Shown here piece after piece: positions 27,320 through 41,312 of a stretch of 64,000 nucleotides of DNA. The notes beneath the pieces are model-generated. The model was not told the origin of the DNA. It saw only the letters and a program-made list of their open reading frames with translations, and ran no database searches. A program made the position numbers and the translations under genes. The first letter of the stretch is position 1, and the number at the start of each line of letters is the position of its first letter. Source of the stretch: Octopus sinensis (lineage: Eukaryota); contig NC_043018.1 in assembly GCF_006345805.1 (NCBI RefSeq), positions 28,334,001-28,398,000 on the forward strand, written 5' to 3'.

Positions 27320-27385
<66 letters not shown>

Positions 27386-27545
27386 CAACAACATCATCGA
27401 AAAATACCTTTGGAAAGAGAACGCAGGTTCGAAATTTCCCGAAGACACCCGATGGAGGCTGGAGGGTATATCAGCCGACAAGTAGTGTTAACAACAAAGA
27501 TGAGGAAAAATATCCGTCAAATGTAAATAATGTAAATAATGTAAA
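27212..27545 (+). mobile_element. Composite element: inverted repeat, tRNA-like head, (TAA)n, decayed HHR, inverted repeat
   Basis: IRs 27212-27253 and 27492-27537; A box tggcgtagtgt and B box gttcgattc at 27255-27310; HHR-like motif at 27444-27489. Confidence 0.6.
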
Positions 27546-27824
27546 TAATGTATTGGAAATACACAAGCGACAAGTCAAAAACGTATAAAGTATATTAAGT
27601 GCACAAACGGACGGAAGACAGGTAGAGAATGTCCCCTAATCCTTCGTCAGTTATCAACAACATGATATTATTCACATACATATATATTACGGCGAGATAG
27701 GGATATTATCTCCTTACGAGCTATTGAAATTCTACAGCAATAACAGTTCTTGAAATATATCACACATTGCGCTGTATGACTTACTTCGATATCCATTACA
27801 CTCACACATATAAGTGATGAGGAG

Positions 27825-27855
<31 letters not shown>

Positions 27856-28030
27856 TAAAGATAAATTAAATATAAATATAAAGATAAATTAAATATAGAG
27901 ATTTTCTATTGACACTCAATAATTTATCTATTATATTACATTTAATAATATTTATATGGTATCCAACTGAAGTACCAGTGAATTGGATGTTTACCAAACC
28001 CCTTTGAAGGATTTCTTTTCCTCAGTTTGT

Positions 28031-28063
<33 letters not shown>

Positions 28064-28206
28064 CTTTATTTAAAGCAGCGGAAAATTCAACAAAACCTGT
28101 TACTCTGAGTTTCACGCTCTCGTTCGTCGGGAAAACTGTCCGACGAACGGCAACGTGAAACTCAGAGTAACAGATTTTGTTGAATTTTCTGCTGCTTTAA
28201 ATAAAG
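28064..28206. repeat. Foldback hairpin made of two inverted HHR-bearing pLTR halves
   Basis: ctttatttaaagcagcggaaaattcaacaaaacctgttactctgagtttcacg pairs with cgtgaaactcagagtaacagattttgttgaattttctgctgctttaaataaag. Confidence 0.9.
28136..28173 (+). ncRNA. Type I hammerhead ribozyme, U4C core (CCGACGA)
   Basis: ctgt-CCGACGA-acg(gcaa)cgt-GAA-actcagagt-A-acag; cleavage triplet GUA. Confidence 0.72.
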
Positions 28207-29019
28207 CATATTACTCTACCACTGGTATTTCAGTACTCTTTTTTCCACCTTGTTTCACATTTATGTATTTACTCCGGTATATATATATATGTACTTAGCG
28301 GCAATTCGTCCGTCTTTAACTTTCTGAATTCAAATTCTGCCGTGGTCGACTATGTCTTTCATCTTTCAGGAGTCACTAAAATAAGTACCAGCTGAATACT
28401 GTGTTCGTAGTAACAGACTTAACTCTCTTCTAAAACTATTGGCCTAGTACCAAAATTTGAAACCAGTCTTCTATTCCGACATTAAGTCCTTGAGATGGCG
28501 AAATCGTTGGTAAGCTGGGTGAAATACTTAGCGCCATTTCGTCCGTCTTCATGTTTTGAGTACAAATTCCGCCGAAATTGACTTTGCCTTTCATCTCTTC
28601 GGGGTCGATGTAACTGATATTTCACTCCCCTTAATTTGCTGGTCCCTGTGTCATAATTTGAAACGAATATTGTGTTCCGTGACTATTTTTCAAACTAGTT
28701 TCTACAAGCAATTATTTGGCCACAGTAGTGTTTGGTGCCTGAAGCAAGCAAACACACATTCATGGTTTTTCCCAATTCACTAAACATATAAACTATACCG
28801 TTTTCTTTAAGGCTTGAGCCTTCAGCCGTCAAATACAATGCTGGCTCGGTTGGTCCACAAACTATCATTGCAATTCACCTAGTTAGGGCTTCTCCTGTCT
28901 TTTAAATTTTGGTATGTATGTACAAGGTAGATGGGAAGTACCTTCCTATTTTATAATACTTATAGATTATATATTAACACTAATTTTTACAAAAGGAAAA
29001 ATGGCTATGAGAGAAATCC

Positions 29020-29400
29020 TTTTTGTATGAGGTTTTATTTAAAATTCGATATGGATCCCAGATGTCGCCAACAGCTTCTTGAGTTTCCTAGCAACTGCGT
29101 CAACCGATTTCCCTTTGAGCTCTTGTGGGATGGATTAAAGGCATAACTCCGTGTATTCGCTCTTTAATTTTTTTCTAAAGTCTTTGGTTAGGTACAGTAG
29201 ATTTGTTCCTTTAGCCAACCCCAAAGAAATAAATCACTGGGTGTAAAGTCAAGACTACTGGCTGTTTGCTCATGTGGACTATGATGAGTGACGCATCTCC
29301 CGGGGAAGTAAGCGTTAAAACCATTCACGAAAGACAAAAATAAAATGTGGCATGACAATCAAATCTTCAAAAATTTCCCAGTTCGGTCCTTTTTTCCACA
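29020..29400 (-). mobile_element. Decayed Tc1/mariner-superfamily transposase C-terminus
   Basis: Fragments S.DFTPSDLFLWGWLKEQIY, REWF..YFPGR and KSVDAV..GIHIEF. Confidence 0.6.
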
Positions 29401-29492
29401 TAAAGAATGCAACATCGGTTGTCAGGTGATGATAGGTAACAAACACACATATACACATATATAATATGTACGTACATGCGTATATACGTACT

Positions 29493-29572
<80 letters not shown>

Positions 29573-29598
29573 GTATATATACATACATACATACATAT

Positions 29599-29629
<31 letters not shown>

Positions 29630-29632
29630 GCG

Positions 29633-29663
<31 letters not shown>

Positions 29664-30002
29664 ACTCTGGCCATGATGGAGCACCACCTTTAGTTGAGCA
29701 AATCACTTATTCTTTGTAAGCCTAATACTTATTCTATCGCTCTCTTTTGCCGAACCGCTAAGTAACGGGGACGTAAACACACCAGCATCGGTTGTCAAGC
29801 GATGTTGGGGGAACAAACACAGACACACAAACATATACACACACACATACATAATCCACTCACAAGGCTTTGGTCAGCCCGAAGCTATAATAGAAGACAC
29901 TTGCCCAAGGTTCCACACAGTGGGACTGAACCCGGAACCATTTGGTTGGTAAGCAAGTTACTTACCACACAGCCACTCCTGCGTTATATATATATTTATA
30001 TA

Positions 30003-30300
30003 TCACTGTGATCACCCTGACCGACCAGGCTGGCACACATCGCTAGTCACAATGCGCTTCGCATTGTTTAGCCTTCAAATGACGCCACTCCGCTGGCTAA
30101 GCGAGCAGTCCAACAGAAGAAAGAGTGAGAGAAAGTTGTGGCGAAAGAGTACAGCAGGGATCGCCACCCACCCCACCTGCCGGAGCGTCATGGAGCTTTA
30201 GGTGTTTTCGCTCAATAAACACTCACAACGCCCGATCTGGGAATCGAAACCGCAATGCTACGACCGCGATCCGCTGCCCTAGCCACTGGGCCATTGCGCC

Positions 30301-30304
<4 letters not shown>
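30003..30304 (-). mobile_element. Full-length OR-like SINE
   Basis: Reverse complement of 11726-12042. Confidence 0.88.
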
Positions 30305-30359
<55 letters not shown>

Positions 30360-30933
30360 CAATGTATATGCAATTGTACTTGTGAGAATATGTATATGCC
30401 TATATGTATGTATACATGTATATATGCGAGTGTGTGTGTTTTGTGCGTGTGTGTGTGTGTAATTCCTATTCATACATATATACTAAATATTTGATGTTTA
30501 ACTATTCATTACCGCTTACTGATTTGCAATATCCGGATTTGGCGACTGTACGGTTTCTCTGTTCATATTTATGTAATTATGTTTCTTCATACACCTCCCT
30601 ATAACTGCAACGCTGTCATCTTTCATATTTTATTTCCCATACGTGAGATAATTGTTTTTGTATATAGTCATTCCTACAGATACAATTGGTATATATATAT
30701 CGTGGCTATTGTCTGTTTTTATAGAAGCCTGGTTTATTGTTGTTTTTGATTTCACGGCCTATACCGATCCACCCTGATTCAGGAATTCAGTAGACCTCTT
30801 ACCAACCGTTTTCTATACACGTCTTCGCAAGGTTTTCAGTTGTAGTTTTAAGACAACGGTGTCGAATTTAAAATGTTCAGGTTGGAGTTAGTGGAAACAA
30901 AATTCCACTTGCATTTGAAGCAGAAAAACAAAC

Positions 30934-31034
<101 letters not shown>

Positions 31035-31061
31035 CTATCTATCTATCTAATCTATGTTTTA

Positions 31062-31121
<60 letters not shown>

Positions 31122-31405
31122 CTATAAACAAATTCAAATATATTTGTCTGTATATTACTAAGGGTGTGTGCCGTGAGTTTTTGTGCGTTTGTGTGCGTGC
31201 ATGTATAGAGACACAAGACCGTATATATATACGTACCGCTCTCTCTCTCTCTCTCTCTTTCTGTCTCTATCATCATATATAGACGTATGCATATATGTAT
31301 ATATGTGTGTGTGTATGTACATGTATATATATATTATATATATATACATGTACATACACACACACACATATATACATATATGCATACGTCTATATATGAT
31401 GATAG

Positions 31406-31470
<65 letters not shown>

Positions 31471-31540
31471 GTGTGTGTAAGTATGTATGTGTGTGTGTCT
31501 ATATACACACGTATATATATATACAACCTGACTTACGCAT

Positions 31541-31860
31541 TTTGTCCGTATGGACTGTTACACTGAAGATCTACGGACAAATTGCCTAAGTAAAATTACG
31601 TATTCTGCTAATATTGAAACATATATGTGAATAATCTATATTTTGTTGCTTTCCTTTTGTCTTGCTGCTTACGTTCTGGTGTTTGCTAATTTTTTCTTGA
31701 GAACATTTCTTAATGGTAAGACTATAGCAGATCTTCTAGCATAAGGGTTGTCTACTTAGTGGTCATACCTCTCATATGTATATAATACAATTTACTGAAC
31801 CTTCAGATTTTAATATACTAGACCACTGGTGTTAAATGGATATTAATTATATTAATATCC
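31541..31860 (-). repeat. Low-copy dispersed repeat with exon-like splice signals (copy 1; copy 2 at 32075-32320, copy 3 at 54590-54860)
   Basis: Shared cttgagaaca..tagcata..gtggtca.tcctct..ccactgg blocks; minus-strand aac|gtaagc donor in copies 1 and 2, tttag acceptor in copy 3. Confidence 0.65.
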
Positions 31861-32477
31861 AATTATCACCCTCATTTTAAATTTAAATTTAAATTAATAC
31901 GTTCTCTAACCGGAAAAACCACTGCAGTAAATTCTTTTCTGCAGTATTATTTTCCTGTAATTTAGCGCGTCAAAACGAGAACATTTGAAAAGTAGCTACA
32001 TGTGTAATAGGTAGAACTAGATATAAATCTGACCTCGTGCAGGCGTCCTCATATATAGTCCTGCAAATTATATTTGTATGGACGGTCACACTGAAGATCT
32101 ACAGACAAATTGCGTAATTCAAATTACGTAATCTGTTAATGCTGAAACATGTATGTAAATAATCAATATTTTGTTCCTTTTTATTTGTCTTGCTCGCTTA
32201 CGTTCTGGTGTTTGCTAAATTTTTCTTTAGAACATTTCTCAGTGGTAAGACCATAGCGGAAATACCTCTAGCATAAGGGTTGTCCACATAGTGGTCATTC
32301 CTCTCATATATAAACAATATTTATATACAACAGGCTTGGTTGAGTTTCCATCTAACAAATCCACTCACAAGACTTTGTAGAAGATACTTGCCCAAGTTGC
32401 CACGCAGTCAAATTTAACCCGGAGCTATGTGAATGGCAATGAGCTCCTTTCTGCGTAGCCACTCCAGCATGTATGTA

Positions 32478-33140
32478 TGTCTCTCTCTATCTATCCGCTC
32501 AGTCGAAGTCGACTATCGGTTACTCGTTGGTTCAGTGTCCTCCAGTCAGTTCTATCCTGGGCTGCTTCTTTCAGATTGGCTATGTCCATTCCGGTATCAC
32601 TCTTGATGGTGTCAAGCCAGCGGGTTCTTGGTCGGCCTCTTCCTCTCTTGCCACTGACCATTCCGAGCATGATGTCCTTCTCCAGGGATTTTCTCCGCAT
32701 AATATGACCGAAATATGCCAATCTATGCTTGGTGATCCTAGCTTCTAGCGACATTTTCGGCCTGATCTGCTTAAGAACTTCTCCATTGGTGAGCCTCGCT
32801 CTCCATCGAATCCGTAAAATCTTCTCCAACACCAAAGCTCGAATGCATTAATTCTCTTCTGGTCAGCTTTCTTTAGTGTTCAGGTCTCGCATCCATATGT
32901 TGCTACTGGGAAGACAATTGCATTCACCAATCTGCATTTGGTAGCGAGTCTGATGTCTCTACTCTTCCAGACCCTGCTCATACTAACCATTGCCTCTCTG
33001 CCTAGTACTATCCGCCGTCTTATTTCTGGAGTGCAGTCACCATCTCGATTTATTTTGGAGCCAAGGAAGATGAAATCATCAACCACTTCGATCTCTTCAT
33101 TATCGATGTTGATGCTGATGTTTCTTGATTTAATAGCATA
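32478..33140 (-). mobile_element. RTE/BovB-like LINE 3' fragment
   Basis: IEVVDDFIFLGSKI..EIRRRI..FPVATYGCET, RLAYFGHIMRRKSLEKDIMLGMVSGKRGRGRPRTRWLD. Confidence 0.93.
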
Positions 33141-33156
33141 CACCGGTACGCATGTA

Positions 33157-33193
<37 letters not shown>

Positions 33194-35249
33194 ATATATA
33201 TATATATATCATTTAATATGTAATACGCGAAGAAAGATAAACATGCTAACGTGTATGTTCGTGAAAAGCATTCTTTGTTTCTGCTACTTCTTTTTTCACT
33301 ATCAGTGTATATCTTAATATCATAGCTTATATCTCTGTCTTTCTGGCTCCCAATCTCTCTGTCCTTCTCACTGTCTCTTTCCATGAGTCCCTGTCTGTCT
33401 CTGCCTCTGTATTTCTCTCCCTCTTTCCCTACTCTCTCTTTCTCTTGAAATACATGTTCCTACCACATAAAATGTGCATTACATTCGTGCTGGTTTCCCG
33501 GTGCATATAACCAGGATGTTTACAACGATTGGTTTTATTACTAATATTGGCACAATTCTATCGATAATGGCAAGGGATTTAGCCAACTTTATTGAAAATA
33601 CCTTGTCTGGTATTTATTTATCAAATCAAAGAAAATAAACGCTGAAGTTATCCACGTTGGGGTTTCAATTCACAACTGAAGTTGACTTAACTAAGCTAGT
33701 GCAAATCATTAAATTTCCTTACTGCATTCTGCCTTCGTTCTCAGCCTTGATTGATAGCATGTGTTGCTTCAGGTGTCGTTGCAGCTTCAGCAATTTCTAA
33801 TCCAGCACAACATCTTTGCCCTGAATTGTAATCTATGTGGTTGAGTATTTTATATATGGTTGTAATTCTAACGTAATGATCAGTGTTAAGTTGTGTGTAA
33901 CAAAGCTTGACTCTGATTCACAGTTAAAATATATTATATATCAAATTGCCGTGTTAGTGGTTGAGTACTGCATAGATATGTATCCACTTAACTTAGTGTT
34001 AATACGTGCGATTGATAAAAGGAGGCTGGTAGACTCTTTAGCACGCCGAAGAAAATGCTTAGCGGCATTTTGTCCGTCCTTACGTTCTAAGTTCGTGTTC
34101 CGTCGAGGTCGAAGTTGCCTTTCATTTTCGTGGACGATGAAATAGCTAAACGTTGAGCACTAGGGTCGATATAACCGGCTTAGGACCTTTCAAGAAATTG
34201 CTGGCCTAGGGCAAATAATTGCAACCGGTATATGTGACTGGAAAAAAGAGGTGAGTTGGCAGAATCGTTAGCACACCGGGAAAATTGCTTAGCAACGTTC
34301 CGTCCGTCGTTACATTCTGAATACAAATTCTGCCGAGTTCGATATTGGTTTTCATCCTTACGTGGTCGATAAAATAAATGCCAGTTAAGACACTGGTGCA
34401 TGACTTGCAGCCATGGACGGTGTATTAGGCTTCTATACATTTTATAATCATCATTACTCGTCTTACTCATACGCATAAATTCATTTTTATATTTTCCGAA
34501 CTTGTGACAGTATATGATAAATTCGACTCCTTCAATTAAAAGTAGATTCGCTGTTTAATATTTTCTGTTCGCCTATCTACATACATAAAAGTTAGGTTGC
34601 TAGGCCTATGGACGATGACCCTCACTAACTGTTTCTTACAGTAAATTAGATGTTGATACAATAAAAATACGTTTGCAGTGTAGATTTTGTAATCATTGAC
34701 TCCTCATTATATTATCAATTCAACAAGCAAAATCACAAAAAACGAAAAACACTAGTCTTTACGAGTTTCATAACAACATTATATTTTAATTTAAAGTCAT
34801 ACTATTTTTTAATCGTTGATATTGATAAGGCACTGAAGAAAACCTAGGCATCATACCTTTATTTATATTTTTATTTTTTATTTTATTTTCTGGTCAAAAT
34901 TTGCTTGGATTCATTTAGTAAACAGAAAACGCCTGCCCATCTGAGCATTGCTGAAATTTTCTAAAGGTAAAACCATTCTACGGATTTTATATTAATGGCT
35001 ATAATTTGTCTAGGATTATATGAACCTGTACATTAATTTAACGCTTTGGTATAAGAGAACCATATCTTGGAAATGGGAAAATTGGATTTAAATCACAAAG
35101 AAAAATAAATGTTGTTTCTGGTTTAAAATCAGACGCAGAGGTTAGTAAAAGACAGTGCTAAGATGTTTGAAAATCAAATCAAAAAGCCAGATTCATTAAC
35201 TTCATTTTGGTTTTGTGCCTATCATTATTTATGGGAAAAAAATGTTGTG

Positions 35250-35620
35250 CAGTGACTGAAAGTGCATGATCACGATTACAAGTAGCTGAAATGGGTTTCC
35301 TCCGAAGAGTCTCTACAGTAAAATACTCGTCATGATATGTAGCTCGAAGATTAGCAAGTCTCTCCAGGATTAGTCGCTGATTCTCCATATCGAGAGATCA
35401 CAGCTCCCGTGCTTCGCATATGTGATTATAATGTTGGAGCAAAGAATCACAAGACGGATTCTTCATGCCAAAACAACGCACAGAAAACTTAGGAACAGAC
35501 CGAGAACGAGATGGTTGGAAAATGTCACTTAGCAACGTTTGGGAATCCAGGACAAAAGACTAATGACAGATGCTTCTGATGGGACCCTATGGAGGAAGTA
35601 CCTAAAGACCCTATGGAGGG
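35250..35620 (+). mobile_element. Decayed RTE-like LINE 3' fragment
   Basis: RLQVAEMGFLRRVS, IERSQL, RITRRILHAK..RPRTRWLENV. Confidence 0.75.
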
Positions 35621-36526
35621 ACATATAGAGGACACAATGGAGGGTAGCTGAGGGCCCTAATAGAGCGGGTACCCGAGTACTCTTCCCCACGAATATCTCC
35701 TCTCCAAACTACTGGAAGAAGATGATGTATGGATCGATCGAATATATTACAATTTGTGCCAGTGAAGCTTTTAATCAGTTCTGTCACAGTGCCCAGCTTA
35801 TACATTTATTAAATGGAGAAGTTTAATCCACATATCAGACTTATCAATACAATATTCGATTATGTTATCAAGCTATGTTATCAAAATATCAACAATATAA
35901 GTCAAAATCAATTTATGTGTAATTTGAACCCAGCACGAAAACAAATGTTTTCTAAATCAGTCAATATATTTCTTCGTCCGAAGCTCCATCGATTTTGCCA
36001 TTCAAAACCTTCATTTATTATTTATTTATTTATTGCTTGAAATTAAATCTCTAATAAGATGTGATGATGCCTGTACTAGGATTGACAAAAAACTCCCTAC
36101 CACAAAAGAAATCAATCCCTACAAAAAGCAAACAAATTGTCTAACTCAGAAAGTTTATATAATTCATTAACAATAGATAAAGACAATTCAGACAACAGTG
36201 CAGATAATAATCAATTCAGAGTACATGAGAACTAGAGATATCTAGGGATACCTAGAGACATCCATATAGATTGTATATATATATATATATACGGTTTCAA
36301 TGACATAAGCAGTAATTATTTTGGAGAGTCTATTGTATTAATATAATTTGTACTGCATATGTGTGTAACATGTCTGACTAGTGAGGTAAATGACGACTCA
36401 TAAACAATTATCACTACCTTACAAGATAGATACAAAAAGAGATGGTAAACAGAGATAGATAGATAGATAGATAGGTAGGTAGATAGATAGAAAGAAAGAT
36501 AGATAGATAAATAAATAGATAGATAA

Positions 36527-36603
<77 letters not shown>

Positions 36604-37575
36604 AAGCTAAGTTTCTTTATTGGCCACACAGGGCTGCACACAGATGGGACAAGTTACAAGGTAGAACTTTTCTTTTCGGGGAGAAAAAAAAGGTGGCGTA
36701 GGTTTTCGATCAAAAGGGATCGTAAAAGGGAAAAAAGAACAAAAAAAAAAAGAAAAATAGAAAAAAGGGAAAAGGAACAAAAGAAAAGAATAAAGAAAAA
36801 AGAGGAAAAAATGGGAAGAGGAAAAAAACCGATCAATAGGGATCGTGTATCACAGTGTCATGATGTATGGTGTAAAGGGGAAAACAAGTAAGGTTTATCC
36901 GTGGGAAGAAAAGCCTACGAAAAAGACCACGGTAACCTTGGTCAATATTGTTATATGCTACCACATTTGTTTGCAAGTGGGTAACCCTCTGTTTTCAATT
37001 TCTGGGTTCATAGGATTATGCTCAAGGTGGCTTCGTCATTCATACGTGCCATCCTTGCTACATTCACCCATCTTTTTTTAAAACGTTCGCTAGACAAAAC
37101 TTGCCTCTCTACTCTCACTTTCCTTTTCAAGTGGTACTTGAAGAAGTTGATGAGAGATTGACCAGAGAGGAAAGTGTTTGTCTCCAATCCTTTGAGACGC
37201 GTCCACCAGATACATTCTTTCGCCATAGCCACAAGGATGATGAAAATAGCTCTTCCTTCCCGTTTGAAGGAAGGAGGCATGACAATATTGACGATAGACT
37301 CAGCTGATAAACCGACTCGTCCCACACGTGACAGCAGTTGTTCGACAGGTCGGAAATTGTTGGACACTGCACGAGTGCGTGCAGAACGGTTTCGTCGCTC
37401 TGACCGCATCTCGGGCAGGTCGGCCCCGTGTTTCTCGAGCCGTGTCTGTAGAGCTTATCCCGAACGGGTAGCGCTTCTCGGTAGCACTGCCAGGCCAGGG
37501 ATCTCTGGAAGTTGTCCATAGGCCCTGGCCCGAAAGTCGTCCCGAACAGGCGGGTCAGGTATTCCTCGCCTGACT
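36604..37575 (-). mobile_element. L1/Tx1-clade LINE 3' end (zf-RVT) abutting (TCTA)n
   Basis: AWQCYREALPVRDKLYRHG..CPRCGQSDETVLHALVQCP, MAKECIWWTR; AATAAA just before the (TCTA)n tract at 36450-36600. Confidence 0.85.
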
Positions 37576-38760
37576 GATTGATGTACCTTCTTGTACCTAC
37601 ATCAGTGACTAGCATTATTACCAGCGCAGTGAACATCTTAGGTAGTTTGAGAGTATCTAGATTAATTGCATCGAAATCTGGCTGTGTTGATATCAAAACG
37701 ATATTAGCAGCTAGACTGTTTGGAGGAGGTTCAAAAAGCATTGCAGAAAAATATAATATTGTAAGTGCAAAGACTCAAGACTTTTTCAATCTAACGTAGT
37801 CTTGTTGCTAGATCCTTCTCGAGCAATGCCTGGCTCATAAGGGCCGGTTTACCGGATTCTTGGCGTATAGGTTCCCCACCTGGACGGGACGCCGGTCCAT
37901 CGCAGCAGGTGAGCTGCAAGATGCAGGAGGGAAGAGAGAGAGAAAGTTGTGGCGAAAGTGTCAGCAGAAGTTCGCCATTACCTTCTACCGGAACCGCGTG
38001 GAGCTTAGGTGTTTTCGCTCATAAACACACACAACACCCGGTCTGAGATTCGAACCCACGATCTCTCGACCGCGAGTCCGCTGCTCTAACTACCAGGCCA
38101 TGTGCCTCCACAATCTAACGTAGTCTAGAAGTCTTCAGAGTTTTGAAGAAGATAACCTGATATACCGTCCTGTAATACTTGAACTAGTAAAATGAACTGG
38201 TTGGGCTGCGACAAAATTGAAGATTCCTGAATGTAGCTTGATTTGGCAACACTGACACAAAACTTTACTTGGTGGCATAACAGAAGTATGAGTCGTTCCT
38301 GAAATTTTCTGGTTTTGTTTAGTAATTCTCTCTCACAGAAAGTGATACTGATTGTGCAAGAGCCAAAAATCCACACTGAGATATCAGGAAGAACTTACTT
38401 TGCAAAGAAGAACTGTAGCAAAATTCATTCTTGCAACAGGCAATATTGATATTCCATAATAATTCACACGATATTTTCTTTTACGTTCTTGAGATTGTGG
38501 TAATAACTATATATATAAACTCACTTCGCATTGAGCTGTCTTCTCATATTCTCAGGATAAGATTGAGAAGTTTGGTTTTGAGAGGTGGTCACTTTCAGAA
38601 ATACAAATGACATACTCTCTGGATCTGGAGATTTTCGCGATTTCGTTCTGCTCAGGGCACATACATATTCACGAAATGAAATTTGTCAATTCAATTCCAC
38701 CATGACAGCTTTAAGATGAATTCTGAAGGAACATTCTCAAGAAATCTTTATTAGAAATCT
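37576..38760 (-). mobile_element. Very decayed Tc1/mariner-like transposase remnant, interrupted by a SINE
   Basis: Weak motif resemblance: VLQDGISG (FQQDGAP), PPPNS (WPPNSPD), NLDTLK. Confidence 0.25.
37803..38110 (-). mobile_element. OR-like SINE with RTE-type tail and 16-bp TSD
   Basis: caatctaacgtagtct duplicated exactly at 37787-37802 and 38111-38126. Confidence 0.92.
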
Positions 38761-38929
38761 ACACTTGGTGAGTTCCGACTCGGCTGTGAGGTGCCATGAA
38801 TAGTATGAAATCGTGAAAAACCTCCATATCGCATTGTCTACCTAGACATATTCGTTTACGAAGCGTTCTATAGAAAATCTGTGGTGATAACTTTGAAAAA
38901 AGATATATATATTTTAAAGGAGAACTCCC

Positions 38930-39226
38930 TCGATTACGACGAAGGTCCCAGCTGATACGATCAACGGAACTGTTTGCACGTGAAATTAACATGCAATTGG
39001 CTGAGTACTCCACAGACATGCGTACAATTACCGTAGTCCTCAGGGAGATTCAGCATGACTCAGAGTGTGACAAGGCTGCCCCTTTGAAATACAGTTACTA
39101 CTCATTTTAACCAGCTGAGTGGACTGGATCAACGTGAAATAAAGTGCCTTGCTCAAGGAAACAAGCGTCGGCGGAATTGATCTCACGACCTTGCGATCGT
39201 GAGCCGAATGTCACTAAGCCACGCGC

Positions 39227-39230
<4 letters not shown>
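38930..39230 (-). mobile_element. CORE-type tRNA SINE
   Basis: cttgagcaaggcactttatttcacgttg..ccactcagctg domain; related copies at 24362-24560, 41826-42120, 46735-46950(-), 54172-54425. Confidence 0.7.
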
Positions 39231-39270
<40 letters not shown>

Positions 39271-40049
39271 TTATATATATATATATGATATTTGCTAGTT
39301 TTATTGTCTTTTTAAATTGATATTTGCTAGTTTTATTATTCCCATTGATAAATATACTTATAGTATTTATTTGATACTATATAACTACGAATTGATTATT
39401 CTTTAAGTATTTTAAATATAAGATTTCTGAAAGTTATTATTTAGCCAACGAATATAAAGATAATTAATTTGCTATAGCGTTTGTTTAATATTGTTTGTTT
39501 GTTTTTGAAATTAGCTATTTCGTCTTTAAATATGAAAAATTAATTTATTAGGTCTTTATTATATGTGCATATATATTTATTTATAGAGATTATTTTAGAT
39601 CTTAATTATAATATTTATATACATTTTTATATTTTCATTGATAATTTATACAGTATTTAAATTTTACATTTTTAATAATATAATAGTTTTTTTTTGTAAA
39701 CTATTTATGTAATTATATATTGACTATTACCGAAATTAGATCATTAGTGGGTCTCTTACCTTAAAAATTAATACTTAAAAATTAAAATTATTATTTAACA
39801 TTATAATCGATGCTTTGATATAATCATAATCGTTAAGTTTCTAGTTTGATAATAGAGTTTTTTATAAGTAAAATTATTATATTATTTATTTCTTAAAAAT
39901 ATTATTTAAATATTTCTGATTACTTATTAAATTATTACAATTAACCTGAAGATTGACTGTAACCATAATTCGAATTATTAATTGAATTTAAATTATTTTT
40001 ATTCGAATGGTTACGGACATGAAACGATCGTAGTGTTTTTACTCTTTAT

Positions 40050-40391
40050 CTTATATTAAACTTTTAATACTTTTTGATAGTTATATAATAAAAATAAATA
40101 AATAAAATAAAATAAAATAATAAAATATATATATATATATATATATATATCTATATATATATATCTATATATATATCTATATATATATATATATATATAT
40201 TTAAAATTTATAAGTTAAATTCTTTAATAATTTTTTAAATTTTAACTTTATTTAAATATTTTAATTTGGAATTTTATATTTTTTATATTTTATATTTTAT
40301 ATTTTTTTTTATTAATTTTGTTTCTAGGTATTTGGTTATGATTTTCACTGTTGGATTTGCCTAATAGTGGTTTTATCTCTAATTTAATATA

Positions 40392-40438
<47 letters not shown>

Positions 40439-40871
40439 TTATATTATATATATATATATATATATATATTCTATTCTTTTACTTGTTCAGTCATTTGACT
40501 GCGGCCATGCTGGAGCACACCGCCTTTAATCGAGCAAATCGACCCCGGGACGTATACTTTTGTAAGCCCAGTACTTATTCTATCGGTCTCTTTTGCCGAA
40601 CCGCTAAGTAACGGAGACATAAACACACCAGCATCGGTTGTCAAGCAATTCTAGGAGGACAAACACAGACACAAACATACACACGCATATATATATATAT
40701 ACATATATACGACGGGCTTCTTTCAGTTTCCGTCTGCCAAATGCACTCACAAGGCTTTGGTCGGCCCGAGGCTATAGTAGAAGACATTTGCCCAAGGTGC
40801 CACGCAGTGGGACTGAACCCGGAACCATATGGTTGTAAACAAGCTACCTACCACACAGCCACTCCTGCGCC

Positions 40872-40909
<38 letters not shown>

Positions 40910-40979
40910 TATATATAGACTAATATATATATATATAATATATTGACGAATATAGTACTACAAATATATATAATATATC

Positions 40980-41034
<55 letters not shown>

Positions 41035-41206
41035 GCATACATACAGACACACATACATGTATTTGAATGAAAAACAATAATCACATATATAATTATTGAT
41101 TCTGATTACAAAATAGCAACATGAAACTATCATGAATGGAATATTTAATTACCATAGAATCAAACATACATATATGTATTGTTTATATATGTATGTGTAT
41201 ATATAT

Positions 41207-41249
<43 letters not shown>

Positions 41250-41261
41250 GATATATATATG

Positions 41262-41312
<51 letters not shown>

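Noticed and set aside
34615-34670. Strong plus-strand acceptor (cactaactgtttcttacag) followed by AATAAA
   Set aside because: Isolated signal with no upstream partner exon; could be chance
39280-40080. Possible mitochondrial insertion (NUMT)
   Set aside because: AT-rich, but no mitochondrial gene, rRNA or tRNA motif could be recognised; needs BLAST
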